Below are positions 28,760 to 38,838 of a stretch of DNA of 64,000 bases, in pieces. A program made the translations under genes and the position numbers. Source of the DNA: Nanobdellota archaeon. GTDB taxonomy: Archaea; Nanobdellota; Nanobdellia; Woesearchaeales; GW2011-AR4. How positions within the stretch are numbered: position 1 is the first letter of the stretch; each line of letters begins with the position of its first letter. The notes under the pieces are model-generated. The model saw only the letters and a program-made list of their open reading frames with translations, had not been told where the DNA came from and searched no databases. The stretch lies in the NCBI GenBank assembly GCA_022564635.1, contig JADFLA010000001.1, positions 7,041-71,040 on the forward strand, in the 5' to 3' direction.

Positions 28760-29017
28760 ATGAAAAAAATAATTTTAGTTCTTGTATTATTATTACTTGT
28801 AATTGGTTGCACAAAGATTCCTAAAGAAATTTCTGAAGAGGAACAAGAAGAAAGTGAAGTATCTAAAGAAACTCCTGAAGATGCATCTACTTTATCAGAG
28901 CTCCAAGTTGCAGCTTGTGATGCGGCTGATGAAGCGGGAACATGTACTACAAGATTAGCAGAATTAGGTATAGTTTTGAATGAAGAATGCTGTCAAATTT
29001 TGGGAAAATGCTGTTAA
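28760..29017 (+). CDS. small secreted lipoprotein with acidic linker and CCxxxGxCC tail
   Basis: signal peptide with lipobox IGC; tail EECCQILGKCC resembles tail of 28086..28700. Confidence 0.4.
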   Translation: MKKIILVLVLLLLVIGCTKIPKEISEEEQEESEVSKETPEDASTLSELQVAACDAADEAGTCTTRLAELGIVLNEECCQILGKCC

Positions 29018-29050
29018 AGAGGTGTTAAATATCAAGAAACTTTTGTTTTT

Positions 29051-30608
29051 GATGGTAATGTTTTTGTTTGTTTTTTCCAGTGTAACATATGCACAAACAT
29101 TTTGTGAGGTAAATGATGTCAAACAGGTATTAAAAAAAGTTCTTTTTCTTCGCTTTACAGATGCGTCATCCAGTCCTTTAATATTGGATGAGGTCAGAGA
29201 TTTGTTGGTTTTTTATCTAGGGATAGGGGAAGGCATATCCTCAGTAGATTGTTCAGCGACAGGCAGCAGATCAAATAAGAAGATTTCAGATATTATAATT
29301 TTAGGAGGAAATGCCACTAATCAAATTCCTAAATGCTCTGATGGAACTGAATATGGCGAATGCTCAACATTTAAGCCAAAGTACTGTTATGCAGGCTCTT
29401 TACTACATAGATGTAATTACTGCAGCTGTCCAAGCGATAGTAGCTGTACTACCAGCGGAAAATGTGAGACTATTGAAAATGGTAGTAGCTGGTCTTATAG
29501 AAAGCCAATAAATATTGCCAATCCAGGCTCTGCTTTAACTGATTATCAAGTTTTAGTTACTTTAGATACAGCTAGTCTAATTTCAGCTGGAAAAATGCAA
29601 GCCGATTGCGATGATATTAGGTCTACTAATTCTGATGGTACGACTTTAATAAACCACTGGCTTGATTCAGGCTGCAACTCAGCTAATACAAATATCTGGG
29701 TACAAGTTCCTTCAATTCCCACCGCTGGAGCAACTATTTTTATCCTCTACGGCAATACCGAGGCAGCTACGGGTTCAAGTTTCACCTCCACCTTTCCGAA
29801 ACGGTACATCCTTGCTAGTGGTACGGATACTTCCAGCGGCGCCCAAAATTATGACTGGTTTGAAGTCCAATCAGGAGCAACCTTCACCATTACAGACAAA
29901 ATTCCTCAAAGCATCACTGCTCGCAAGATTCTTATTGCCGGGACTGTTAATGGAGCCGGTCGTGGATTCGATGGTGCTGCCTCTGTAGGAAGTGGACAGG
30001 GACCAGGAGCAGGATCAAACAAAAGCGGTGGAGCATATGGAGGCGCAGGTGGTCAGGGTAAATTGAGTGCCTGGGGTGCTGGCGGTACGCCTGGCTCAAC
30101 CTATGGGAGTGCCTCATCTCAGGCAATCCAGATGGGATCAGGCGGAGGAGCTTCCGATAGCATACAAGCTCCGGGAGGAGATGGTGGCGGAGCCGTAACA
30201 TTCAATTCGAATGAAATTGTAATCTCCGGAACAGTCACGATGAACGGTGGGATGCATAGTACGGGGACTAATCAAAATGGTGGTGGTGGTGGTGGCGGCA
30301 TTCTCATCCTGTCAAACCGTGTCAACCTCGCGGGTACGCTCTCGGCTAGTGGCGGAAACGCAGACGACGGCACAGTTCGTGCGGGTGGTGCAGGAGGTGG
30401 TGGAGGCGGCCGTATCAAGATCTTCAGTGATGAATCCATCTCTGACACTTCCAGCAAGAGTGTCAGTGGCGGGACTGCGAGTACTGGAGGTACGAACGGC
30501 GGCACTTACGATCCTGGCGAACCTGGCGCAGCAGGAACCACACACACAGGGACCTTCACCTCCTCCGAGCCAACCACAAGCGTAGGAGCAGAAGAACAAA
30601 TACCTTAA
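29051..30608 (+). CDS. secreted surface protein with DUF2341-like domain and long Gly-rich (GGxGG) C-terminal region
   Basis: signal peptide; SWSYRKPINIANPGSALTDYQVLVTLDT...NIWVQVPSIP...IFILYGN matches DUF2341 pattern; 3' half GC-rich because of Gly codons; ORF-track start 28980 overlaps previous gene. Confidence 0.5.
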
Positions 30609-30792
30609 TCTCAGATAACAATATGACAACCAACGGTCAGGTTATCATCAAGTACTAATAAGAATGATTACAGTTAATTTAAGAATCTAAGGCATAAGGA
30701 ATGTTACGGCATAAACATCAAAGGAGACATTTACACTGCAACAATTCCCTAAAATCTAAATCTTTAAAAGTCAACACTTATTATCTTTCTTC

Positions 30793-31749
30793 ATGACCAA
30801 ATTCATTTTTTCAAATGTAATTGGAACCTTTGTTTTTGATGAAAATTACAAATTAGTAGATGGACTATTGTTTAAAGACATTAATCAATATAAAAATAAA
30901 AAAATATATGAAAAAAAATTAGTCAAAAAACATAATAATCTTGCAACACCAAAAGATAATGATTTATATAATATATTATTGTTTTTTAAAAATAAAAAAT
31001 ATTATTCTCAGTTTCACAATAAAAATATTGAATTTACAAAAAACTCAATAAAAGAATCTGTAAATAATGATGCTTTAATTATCCAAACTATAAATGGAAT
31101 TGAGGAGATTGATAAGACAATAAATTTATTGACAAAAAGGTTAAGAGAATGGTATTCTCTCTATAATCCAGAGATTTCATATAAAATTGAGGATCATGAA
31201 AAATTGGTTTCTTTAATAATAAAAAAACCAAAAAAACAATTATTGAAAGAATTAAATATTGATGAAAATGATTCAATGGGAGCTGATTTAAAAGAAAAAG
31301 ATATTTCTACAATATTACTCTTAGCTACCCAGATAAGTAATTTTTACAAGTTAAGGAGTCATTATGAACGCTACCTTAACGAATTAGAAAAGGAAACATG
31401 CCCTAATTTTTCCACTGTAGCTGGAAATACGATAGCTGCTAAATTAATAAGTCATGCCGGAAGCTTGAAAAGATTGGTGGAGATGCCTGCTTCTACAATA
31501 CAAATTCTTGGAGCTGAGAAAGCGTTGTTCAGGCACATGAGAAACAAAAGAAGGAATTTGCCTCCAAAATATGGAATTATAATTCAACACCAATTAATAC
31601 AAAAATCAAAGAGTAATATGCACGGTAAGGCTGCAAGAGCTTTGGCAGATAAATTAAGTATAGCAGTAAAAATAGATTACTTTAAAGGTAAATTTATTGG
31701 TGACAAGTTAAAGAAAGAGTTGGTTGATAAGTTTAAGATTCAATATTAA
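30793..31749 (+). CDS. nop5: C/D box sRNP protein Nop5 (Nop56/58 homologue)
   Basis: Nop domain (…AAKLISHAGSLKRLVEMPASTIQILGAEKALFRHMRN…PKYGIIIQHQLI). Confidence 0.8.
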   Translation: MTKFIFSNVIGTFVFDENYKLVDGLLFKDINQYKNKKIYEKKLVKKHNNLATPKDNDLYNILLFFKNKKYYSQFHNKNIEFTKNSIKESVNNDALIIQTINGIEEIDKTINLLTKRLREWYSLYNPEISYKIEDHEKLVSLIIKKPKKQLLKELNIDENDSMGADLKEKDISTILLLATQISNFYKLRSHYERYLNELEKETCPNFSTVAGNTIAAKLISHAGSLKRLVEMPASTIQILGAEKALFRHMRNKRRNLPPKYGIIIQHQLIQKSKSNMHGKAARALADKLSIAVKIDYFKGKFIGDKLKKELVDKFKIQY

Positions 31750-31750
31750 A

Positions 31751-32413
31751 ATGATAACAAAATCAAGAATATTTGAAGTTTATCAGGATGGGAATAAACT
31801 CTATACAGTAAATTTAACTCCGGGAAAAAAAGTTTATGACGAACAATTAATAAAACAAAACAATATTGAGTATAGAGAATGGGATGCATATGGAAGCAAA
31901 TTAGCATCTGCTATTTTGAATGGTTCCAAAAATATTTTTTTAAGAAAAGATGATGTTGTTTTATATCTCGGTTCTGCTTCTGGAACCACTGTAAGCCATG
32001 TTTCTGATATTGTAGGCAAAGACGGCTTTGTTTTTGCTGTTGATGTTGCTCCTAGAGTCATGAGAGATTTAATCTTCAATTTAGAATCTAGAAAAAATAT
32101 TGCTCCGATTTTAGAAGATGCTAATAAAACTAAAAATCTATTGGAAAAAATTAGTATTGTTGATGTTATTTACCAGGATATTGCCCAAAAAAACCAAGTA
32201 GAGATATTAATAAAAAATATAAACATGTTTTTGAAAAAGGACGGTTACGCAATTGTTGCAATAAAGGCTAGAAGCATAGACGTTACCAAGAACCCAAAGC
32301 AAATATTCAAAGAGGTAAGAGAAAAGCTGGAAAAAGAATTAATCATAGTGGATTATAGAACTTTAGAGCCATATCAACGTGATCATTGCTTCTTTATATG
32401 CAAGAATAAGTAA
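31751..32413 (+). CDS. flpA: fibrillarin (rRNA/tRNA 2'-O-methyltransferase)
   Basis: VLYLGSASGTTVSHVSDIVG…VFAVDVAPRVMRDL; immediately follows nop5 (classic operon); start ATG 31751 preferred over ORF-track 31724. Confidence 0.85.
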   Translation: MITKSRIFEVYQDGNKLYTVNLTPGKKVYDEQLIKQNNIEYREWDAYGSKLASAILNGSKNIFLRKDDVVLYLGSASGTTVSHVSDIVGKDGFVFAVDVAPRVMRDLIFNLESRKNIAPILEDANKTKNLLEKISIVDVIYQDIAQKNQVEILIKNINMFLKKDGYAIVAIKARSIDVTKNPKQIFKEVREKLEKELIIVDYRTLEPYQRDHCFFICKNK

Positions 32414-32494
32414 AAATAAAATTTCAATAAAAAAAATAAACTCATTAAAAAAACAATATAAAATAAAAATAATAATTAATAAAAATAAAAACCA

Positions 32495-32558
32495 TTGGAA
32501 ATTTCCAAAACCGGTGGAAAACAAAGTTTTCCTGGGCTTTGAAAATTAAAAATTTCCA
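32495..32558. repeat. cluster of three GAAA/TTTC-type palindromes related to the dispersed paired-palindrome family
   Basis: ttggaaatttccaa (32495, perfect 14-bp palindrome), ggaaaac-aaa-gttttcc (32516), tgaaaatt-aaa-aatttcca (32540, 1 mismatch). Confidence 0.6.
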
Positions 32559-32610
32559 AAACCATTAAAAATAATAAGAAAATTAAATTAAAAAAATAAT
32601 GTATTGACAA

Positions 32611-33021
32611 ATGGAAGACTGTATTTTCTGCAAAATAGCTGATGGAAAAATACCCGCTGCAAAAGTTTATGAAGATAATAACATAATAAGCTTTCTTGAT
32701 ATAATGCCGGCTAATAAAGGACATTGTTTAGTAGTTCCAAAAAAACATTATGAAACTCTGCTTGATATTTCTGATGATGATTTAAAAAATTTAATAATAA
32801 CAACAAAAAAAATTGCAAAAGCATTGTCATTATCAATAGGCAATGGAAGCTTTAATCTTGTGATGAATAATGGCAAGGTAGCAGGACAATTAGTAGATCA
32901 TGCACATATTCATATAATACCAAGATTTAAAGGTGATAGATTGCGACTAAAATGGTCCCATAAGAAATATGTTAACAAACAGATGAAAGAAATCCAAGAG
33001 AAGATTAAGAAGTTTGTTTGA
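32611..33021 (+). CDS. HIT-family (histidine triad) nucleotide hydrolase
   Basis: CIFCKI…HAHIHIIPR histidine triad. Confidence 0.8.
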   Translation: MEDCIFCKIADGKIPAAKVYEDNNIISFLDIMPANKGHCLVVPKKHYETLLDISDDDLKNLIITTKKIAKALSLSIGNGSFNLVMNNGKVAGQLVDHAHIHIIPRFKGDRLRLKWSHKKYVNKQMKEIQEKIKKFV

Positions 33022-33043
33022 TTATGTTAAGTCCAATTTCTGA

Positions 33044-33753
33044 CTATGGATATCTATATATTATTCTATCTCTAACTAAATCATGTACAATCTTTTCATC
33101 AGCTTCAACTAATTTATTCAATTCCATACCTTCACGTAATCTGAGTGAAGAAAAATGATCATGTCCTCCAATATGTGCTAAAACCGTTGTATTATTAAAT
33201 AAATAATTTATTGCATCACTAGTGAATTGATTTCTAGCTTCTAAATTAAAAAAATCAATAGAAAATCTTCCATTTGGAAGTCTTTCATATTCATGTAGAT
33301 AATTTTGATAGGTTGTTTTACCTTCTAAAGAAATTGGTTTTACTGTTCCATCTTCAAAAACAAAAATTCTATTGCCAAACTCATGTTGTCCTTTTTCAAC
33401 AAAATAGAATGGTACCTCATTCTTTAAAGCAAATTCTATGCCACTATTATATTCAGATGTTCTTCCATGACGAGAGTTTGGATCTCCATAAACATATAAA
33501 TCACCTACTCTTATTGTGGTTTTTTCCTTCCCCAATTTAATTACTTGAAATTCTATACCACCCTCACTTAAGAGTTCTTTTATACGTGCTTCCCCCTCGG
33601 ATCAATGTCTGGGTGTGCTTCACCAAAATTGTATGGATACATAGAAAGTTCTAATGTTACCCCATCAATGGGATATTCTCGAAGAATAGATTGGACTCTA
33701 TCAAAAACATCAGTTTCATGGTCTGAGTATAAGCCAATAAAAGTTTTTTCCAT
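33044..33753 (-). pseudogene. metallophosphoesterase (calcineurin-like) gene split by a frameshift in a C5 run
   Basis: N-terminal frame MEKTFIGLYSDHETDVFDRVQSILREYPIDG…GEAHPDIDPRGKHV stops at ~33602; continues in another frame as …GKEKTTIRVGDLYVYGDPNSRHG…IGGHDH (33044..33535 ORF); shift coincides with ccccc at 33592-33596. Confidence 0.5.
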
Positions 33754-33916
33754 AAGAAATAAGAAACCTCTTGTTTTTATAAATTTTTTTATTTGTCACT
33801 ACTTATTAGTCTATGTAACAATTTTGCATTTCGTACAACTCAAAAATTTTGTATACTATTTTTATCATTAAATTTTCAAAAACCATTAAATATATCTGCA
33901 TATTAGAGCCCTGAAG

Positions 33917-34531
33917 ATGGTAACAAAGATAAAGGAAAAAATCATAGTTGAGGGTGATGATAGCAAGGAACATCTTGGCCTTGTTCATGTTGTAACAGGT
34001 GATGGAAAAGGTAAAACTACCTCATCATTAGGTTTAGCTGTTCGTGCTTTAGGTAGCAACTTAAGGGTTTGCATGATACAATTCCTCAAGTCTGGAACTA
34101 CTGGAGAGCTTTATACAATAAAAAAACACCTTCCAGGAATGGAAATAGAGCAATTCGGTGTTGATGCAGTAAAGGAAAGGCAGCAGAAACTTGATGCTTT
34201 TAGAGATAAAGGAAGCAAGTTTGTTTTTAATCCCGATGAGCAGGAGAAAGAAGCTGCCATACTTGGATTCCAGCATGCAAAAAAAATAATTAATTCTAAA
34301 GAGTATGAATTGGTAATCTTGGATGAGATAAATGTTGTTTTGGATAAATCTTTAATACCAATAAAAGATGTTCTTGATTTAATGGAAAACCATGGAAAAG
34401 TTGAATTATATTTTACTGGCAGGGATGCACCTCAGGAATTAATGGATAAAGCAGATTATGTTAATATTATCAAGGGAGTAAAGCATCCATGGCAGAAAGG
34501 TATAAAAGCAAGAAAAGGGATTGAGTATTAA
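33917..34531 (+). CDS. cobA: cob(I)alamin adenosyltransferase (CobA/CobO/BtuR family)
   Basis: P-loop GDGKGKTTSSLGLAVRALG…RVCMIQFLK…GE family signature. Confidence 0.75.
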   Translation: MVTKIKEKIIVEGDDSKEHLGLVHVVTGDGKGKTTSSLGLAVRALGSNLRVCMIQFLKSGTTGELYTIKKHLPGMEIEQFGVDAVKERQQKLDAFRDKGSKFVFNPDEQEKEAAILGFQHAKKIINSKEYELVILDEINVVLDKSLIPIKDVLDLMENHGKVELYFTGRDAPQELMDKADYVNIIKGVKHPWQKGIKARKGIEY

Positions 34532-34585
34532 AACCATGAAAATTTTCAATTTTCAGGGTACAAAAAATCCGGAGGATTTTTAAGT

Positions 34586-36457
34586 ATGCCAAAACTAAAG
34601 TTGAGCAACAACGCAATAAAAATACTTGAAAAAAGGTATCTGATAAAAGATGATAATGGCAAAGTAATTGAAAAACCAGAAGATTTGTTCAAAAGAGTTG
34701 CAAATAACATAGCATTAGCAGATGCAAAATATCTATTAAAGGAAGAAATAGCAAATTTAGAGAGCAATGAAGAATACTTTGAATTAGTAAAAACAAAACT
34801 CTTCCAAAAATTATTAAATAAAAACAAAAAAGTTAAGAAAAAAATAGAAAAAACAGAAAAAGAATTCTATAATTTAATGATTAGTTTAGATTTTTTACCT
34901 AATTCTCCAACCTTATTTAATGCTGGCAGAGATTTACAACAGCTTGCTGCATGTTTTGTTCTGCCTGTTGAAGATAATCTTGACTCAATCTTCAAAGCAT
35001 TGCATTATGCTGCAAAAATATCAAAATCAGGCTCCGGAACCGGATTTAACTTCTCAAGATTAAGGCCAAAAAATGATGTGATAAAATCAGTTGCCGGTTT
35101 TTCTTCTGGACCTTTATCATTTATGAAGATTTTTGATGCAGTAACAGAGCAAATTAAATTAGGAGGTCTAAGAAGAGGAGCTCATATGGGTATATTAAGA
35201 GTCGACCATCCAGATATAGAAGAATTTGTCACAATTAAATCCCGCGAAAAGGTTCTGGAAAATTTCAATATTTCTGTCGCAGTTACAGATAAATTCATGA
35301 ATGCTGTTCTGAAAAATAAGGACTATAAACTCATAAACCCTAGGACTCAAAGTGAAGTTAAGGAGGAAAATGCAGAAAAAATTTTTGAGCTTATATGCGA
35401 AGAAGCCAACAAAACTGGAGATCCAGGCATAATTTTCCTTGATAGAATAAACAAAGACAATCCAATACCAGAGCTGGGTATTCTAGAGGCTACTGACTCA
35501 TGTGGTGAACAACCCTTATTACCCTATGAATCAGCTAATTTAGGTTCCATTAATCTTTCTAATATGGCTAAGAATGGTAATATTAATTTTAATAAATTAA
35601 AAACAACTATTCACAATGCAATCCATTTCCTGGATAATGTAATTGATATGTGCCACTACCCTAGTCCTGAAACAAAAGAAATTGTTCATGCAAACAGAAA
35701 AATAGGTTTGGGTGTAATGGGATTTGCTGATATGCTCATTAAATTAAAAATTCCTTACAACTCTGAAAAAGCAGTAAAAACAGCAGAAAAAATTATTGCC
35801 TTCATCAGGAAAGAGGCTGATAATGCTTCTGCAAACCTTGCAAGAGAAAGGATGACATTCCCAAACTGGGATAATAGCATTTACAATAGAAAAAGCAAGC
35901 ACTTTAAAGGAAAACATCTACCATTAAGAAATGCTACTAGATTAACTTTAGCCCCTACAGGAAGCATAAGCATCATAGCTAACACTTCTTTTGGCATCGA
36001 ACCATTATTTGCATTGTCTTTTGTTAGAGCTTTAGATGATGGTACAGAGCTTTTAATTGTTGATAAGAATTTTAAGGAAGCTATGGAGAAAAAAAAGCTT
36101 TACGATAAGGATTTTATGAAATATATAGCAAAAAAAGGCACTATTCAAAATATGGAATCAATACCAAAAGATATTAGAAATACATTTGTAGTTTCTTATG
36201 ACATAAGCCCGGAATATCATGTAAAAATACAGGCAGCTTTTCAAAAATATGTTGATAATGCTGTTTCAAAAACGGTAACATTGCCTGAAATAGCAACTGT
36301 AGAAGATGTGAAAAATACATTTTTACTTGCACACAAACTTGGATGCAAAGGCATTTCCATCTACCGTTTTGGTTCAAGAGATGACCAGGTATTGTTTTTA
36401 AGAGCAATGAAGGAAGAACAGATTAATTTGACTAATTGGCTAAGACATTTGAGATAA
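34586..36457 (+). CDS. nrdJ: adenosylcobalamin-dependent (class II) ribonucleotide reductase
   Basis: LPNSPTLFNAGR, ACFVLPVEDNLDSI, catalytic Cys/Glu region SCGEQPL; adjacent to cobA-family gene. Confidence 0.8.
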   Translation: MPKLKLSNNAIKILEKRYLIKDDNGKVIEKPEDLFKRVANNIALADAKYLLKEEIANLESNEEYFELVKTKLFQKLLNKNKKVKKKIEKTEKEFYNLMISLDFLPNSPTLFNAGRDLQQLAACFVLPVEDNLDSIFKALHYAAKISKSGSGTGFNFSRLRPKNDVIKSVAGFSSGPLSFMKIFDAVTEQIKLGGLRRGAHMGILRVDHPDIEEFVTIKSREKVLENFNISVAVTDKFMNAVLKNKDYKLINPRTQSEVKEENAEKIFELICEEANKTGDPGIIFLDRINKDNPIPELGILEATDSCGEQPLLPYESANLGSINLSNMAKNGNINFNKLKTTIHNAIHFLDNVIDMCHYPSPETKEIVHANRKIGLGVMGFADMLIKLKIPYNSEKAVKTAEKIIAFIRKEADNASANLARERMTFPNWDNSIYNRKSKHFKGKHLPLRNATRLTLAPTGSISIIANTSFGIEPLFALSFVRALDDGTELLIVDKNFKEAMEKKKLYDKDFMKYIAKKGTIQNMESIPKDIRNTFVVSYDISPEYHVKIQAAFQKYVDNAVSKTVTLPEIATVEDVKNTFLLAHKLGCKGISIYRFGSRDDQVLFLRAMKEEQINLTNWLRHLR

Positions 36458-36458
36458 A

Positions 36459-37019
36459 ATGAACCCTTCTATCCAAAAACTATTAAACGAACTAGAAGAG
36501 TTTGGCCAGAAAAATAGAGGTTACTTTAATATTCCAGCTTCAACAGGAAAATTTTTCTACAATCTTGTTTTGATTTCTAAAGCAAAAAATATTCTTGAAA
36601 TAGGAACCTCTAATGGCTACTCAACAATCTGGCTTTCAGAAGCAATTAAACAAAACAATGGAAAAATAACAACAATGGAAATATCAGATTTTAAAATAAA
36701 AATAGCAAAAGAAAACTTTAAAAGGGCAAATTTAAACAAAACAATAAAAATCATTCACGGAGACGCATTAAAAGAAATACCAAAATTAAAAGAAAAATTT
36801 GATTTCATGTTTATCGACGCAATAAAAAAAGATTATATTAATTATTTAAAATTAGCAGAAAAAAATCTAAAAAAAGGATCAATTATCGTTGCTGATAATG
36901 CAATTATGTTTAAGGATAAAATGCAAGACTATTTAAATTATGTAGAAAACAATAAAAACTATTCAAGTGTTTTAGTTCCTATCGGAAGTGGTGTTGAGTT
37001 TAGCATTAAGGTTAAATAG
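36459..37019 (+). CDS. class I SAM-dependent O-methyltransferase (family 3, YrrM-like)
   Basis: ILEIGTSNGYSTIWLSEA SAM-binding motif; MFIDA…KKDYINYL. Confidence 0.75.
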   Translation: MNPSIQKLLNELEEFGQKNRGYFNIPASTGKFFYNLVLISKAKNILEIGTSNGYSTIWLSEAIKQNNGKITTMEISDFKIKIAKENFKRANLNKTIKIIHGDALKEIPKLKEKFDFMFIDAIKKDYINYLKLAEKNLKKGSIIVADNAIMFKDKMQDYLNYVENNKNYSSVLVPIGSGVEFSIKVK

Positions 37020-37184
37020 TTGCAATTTATTTGGTTAAGAAAGCAACAACCTTTATTCCCGCCAAAATAATGCAGGCGGGTTTTACGAGTTGTATATACA
37101 AATAGATGGCGAGCGTATTGGCGAGCCCTAAAATTCGAAGGAATTATAAAATAATAAATAAGTTGGAAAATAAAATAATTAAAA

Positions 37185-37910
37185 ATGCAAACAATAAAAC
37201 TATCAGACAGCATGCATATAAGAAACCTGAAAAAAGAGTATCTCCTTAAAAAAGATAAAATAAACAATAGATTAAGAGATTTTGATAAATTCTATAATGA
37301 ACCTTATTCTTGGTTTTATGAAAACAATAAGATGGAACTAAGGGAAGTAAATAAGAACGATGATGAAAGATTATTTGAAGAACTATGCTTCTGCATTTTT
37401 ACTGCTAACACTAGTGCTGAAATGGGCCTTAAAGCCATTGATGCTGTTAGAGATTTATTGATGAATGGAAAAGCAGAAGAAATGACCAAAAAATTAGAAG
37501 GAATTTACCGCTTTAATATCTTAAGGCCTTCATACATAATACATACAAGGGAATATCTTAAAAACAATTTTGATTTTAAAATAAAGGATAAAATTGAATC
37601 TCTGAGAAATGACGTAGAAGAATTAAGAAATTTTTTTGCTTTCAATCCCGGAATAAAAGGTTTAAGCTACAAGGAAGCATCCCATTTCTTAAGAAATATA
37701 GGTTTTAATGGCTATGCAATCCTAGACAAGCATATTCTTAATTCCTTGATAGAATTTGATATTATTGATAATATTAAAACTCCTGTAACAGCTAAATTAT
37801 ATCCAGAAATAGAGAAAAAAATGAAGCTTTTTTCAAATGAAATAGAGATTCCTATGGATGAATTAGACTTATTGCTATGGAGCAGAAGGAATGGTAAGAT
37901 TTTGAAATAA
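37185..37910 (+). CDS. ogg: archaeal-type 8-oxoguanine DNA glycosylase / AP lyase (Ogg2 family, HhH-GPD)
   Basis: HhH motif GIKGLSYKEASHFLRNIGFNGYAILDKHIL as in archaeal Ogg. Confidence 0.65.
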   Translation: MQTIKLSDSMHIRNLKKEYLLKKDKINNRLRDFDKFYNEPYSWFYENNKMELREVNKNDDERLFEELCFCIFTANTSAEMGLKAIDAVRDLLMNGKAEEMTKKLEGIYRFNILRPSYIIHTREYLKNNFDFKIKDKIESLRNDVEELRNFFAFNPGIKGLSYKEASHFLRNIGFNGYAILDKHILNSLIEFDIIDNIKTPVTAKLYPEIEKKMKLFSNEIEIPMDELDLLLWSRRNGKILK

Positions 37911-37911
37911 T

Positions 37912-38376
37912 ATGATAACTCTGGAAGAAAAAGATAAGGCTCCCTATTTTGAACTTAGAGATACTAATGGAAAAAAGGTAAAGTTATCTGATTTTAGAGG
38001 AAAGAAAGTTGTTCTGTATTTTTATCCAAGAGACAACACTCCTGGATGTACATTACAAGCATGCCAATTTAGAGATAATCAGGAAAAATTAAAAAAATTA
38101 AATGCTGTTGTATTAGGAATAAGCAAAGATAATGAGCAATCACATCAAAAATTTACAGATAAATTTAATCTAAACTTTACCTTATTGTGCGATGAAGATA
38201 AAACAGTATCCAAAGCTTATGGAGTTTATGAGTTGAAAAGCTTCTTGGGAAAAAAATATCATGGAATTACAAGGTCAACATTTATTATTGATGAAAATGG
38301 AAAAATAGAAAAAATATTTTATAAAGTTAATCCTAAGAAGAGCATTGAAGAAGTGCATGAAGCATTAAAGAAATAA
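37912..38376 (+). CDS. bcp: peroxiredoxin Bcp (thiol peroxidase)
   Basis: FYPRDNTPGCTLQACQFRD peroxidatic Cys motif. Confidence 0.85.
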   Translation: MITLEEKDKAPYFELRDTNGKKVKLSDFRGKKVVLYFYPRDNTPGCTLQACQFRDNQEKLKKLNAVVLGISKDNEQSHQKFTDKFNLNFTLLCDEDKTVSKAYGVYELKSFLGKKYHGITRSTFIIDENGKIEKIFYKVNPKKSIEEVHEALKK

Positions 38377-38449
38377 ATTTTAGTTTACTAAATTGTAATA
38401 TGTTCTAAATTCCAAAATATTTATAAGTCAATAACTTATTAATTTCTTT

Positions 38450-38794
38450 ATGCCACACAGCGGTCTTGGATTGCATCACTTCCATAGAAGAATAAGGATT
38501 CATCAGAAACACGAACCCTACCCGCATCCAGATAAATGGATAAATTTTATGGATAAAGCGGTTTATGTCGTAGGAGCCATTGGCCCACTTATGACTTTAC
38601 CTCAAATAATTAAAATTTGGTTTGAAAAAAATGCATCTGGTGTTTCCATAGTAAGTTGGACTGGTTTTTTATTGTATGCAATTTTTTGGTTAATCTATGG
38701 AATAATGCACAGAGAAAAGCCAATTATATTTGCATATATTCTTTGGGTAACTCTTCAAGCTATTGTTGTAATTGGGATAATAATTTATGGTTAA
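38450..38794 (+). CDS. small PQ-loop-type (SemiSWEET-like) 3-TM membrane protein
   Basis: LMTLPQIIKIW PQ motif within TM1; ~100 aa 3-TM. Confidence 0.4.
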   Translation: MPHSGLGLHHFHRRIRIHQKHEPYPHPDKWINFMDKAVYVVGAIGPLMTLPQIIKIWFEKNASGVSIVSWTGFLLYAIFWLIYGIMHREKPIIFAYILWVTLQAIVVIGIIIYG

Positions 38795-38838
38795 AGAAAT
38801 TCAAAAAACTTTTATAATCTGTTGTAAATGATTAAATT

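Noticed and set aside
29311-30629. Six overlapping ORFs in both strands at 29311-30629
   Set aside because: They are alternative-frame artefacts of the GC-rich Gly-codon (GGN) region of the DUF2341/Gly-rich gene. Their translations are Pro/Arg/His-rich mirror frames.
33605-33871. ORF 33605..33871 (+)
   Set aside because: It lies opposite the N-terminal half of the frameshifted metallophosphoesterase, and the minus-strand frame there has clear family similarity.
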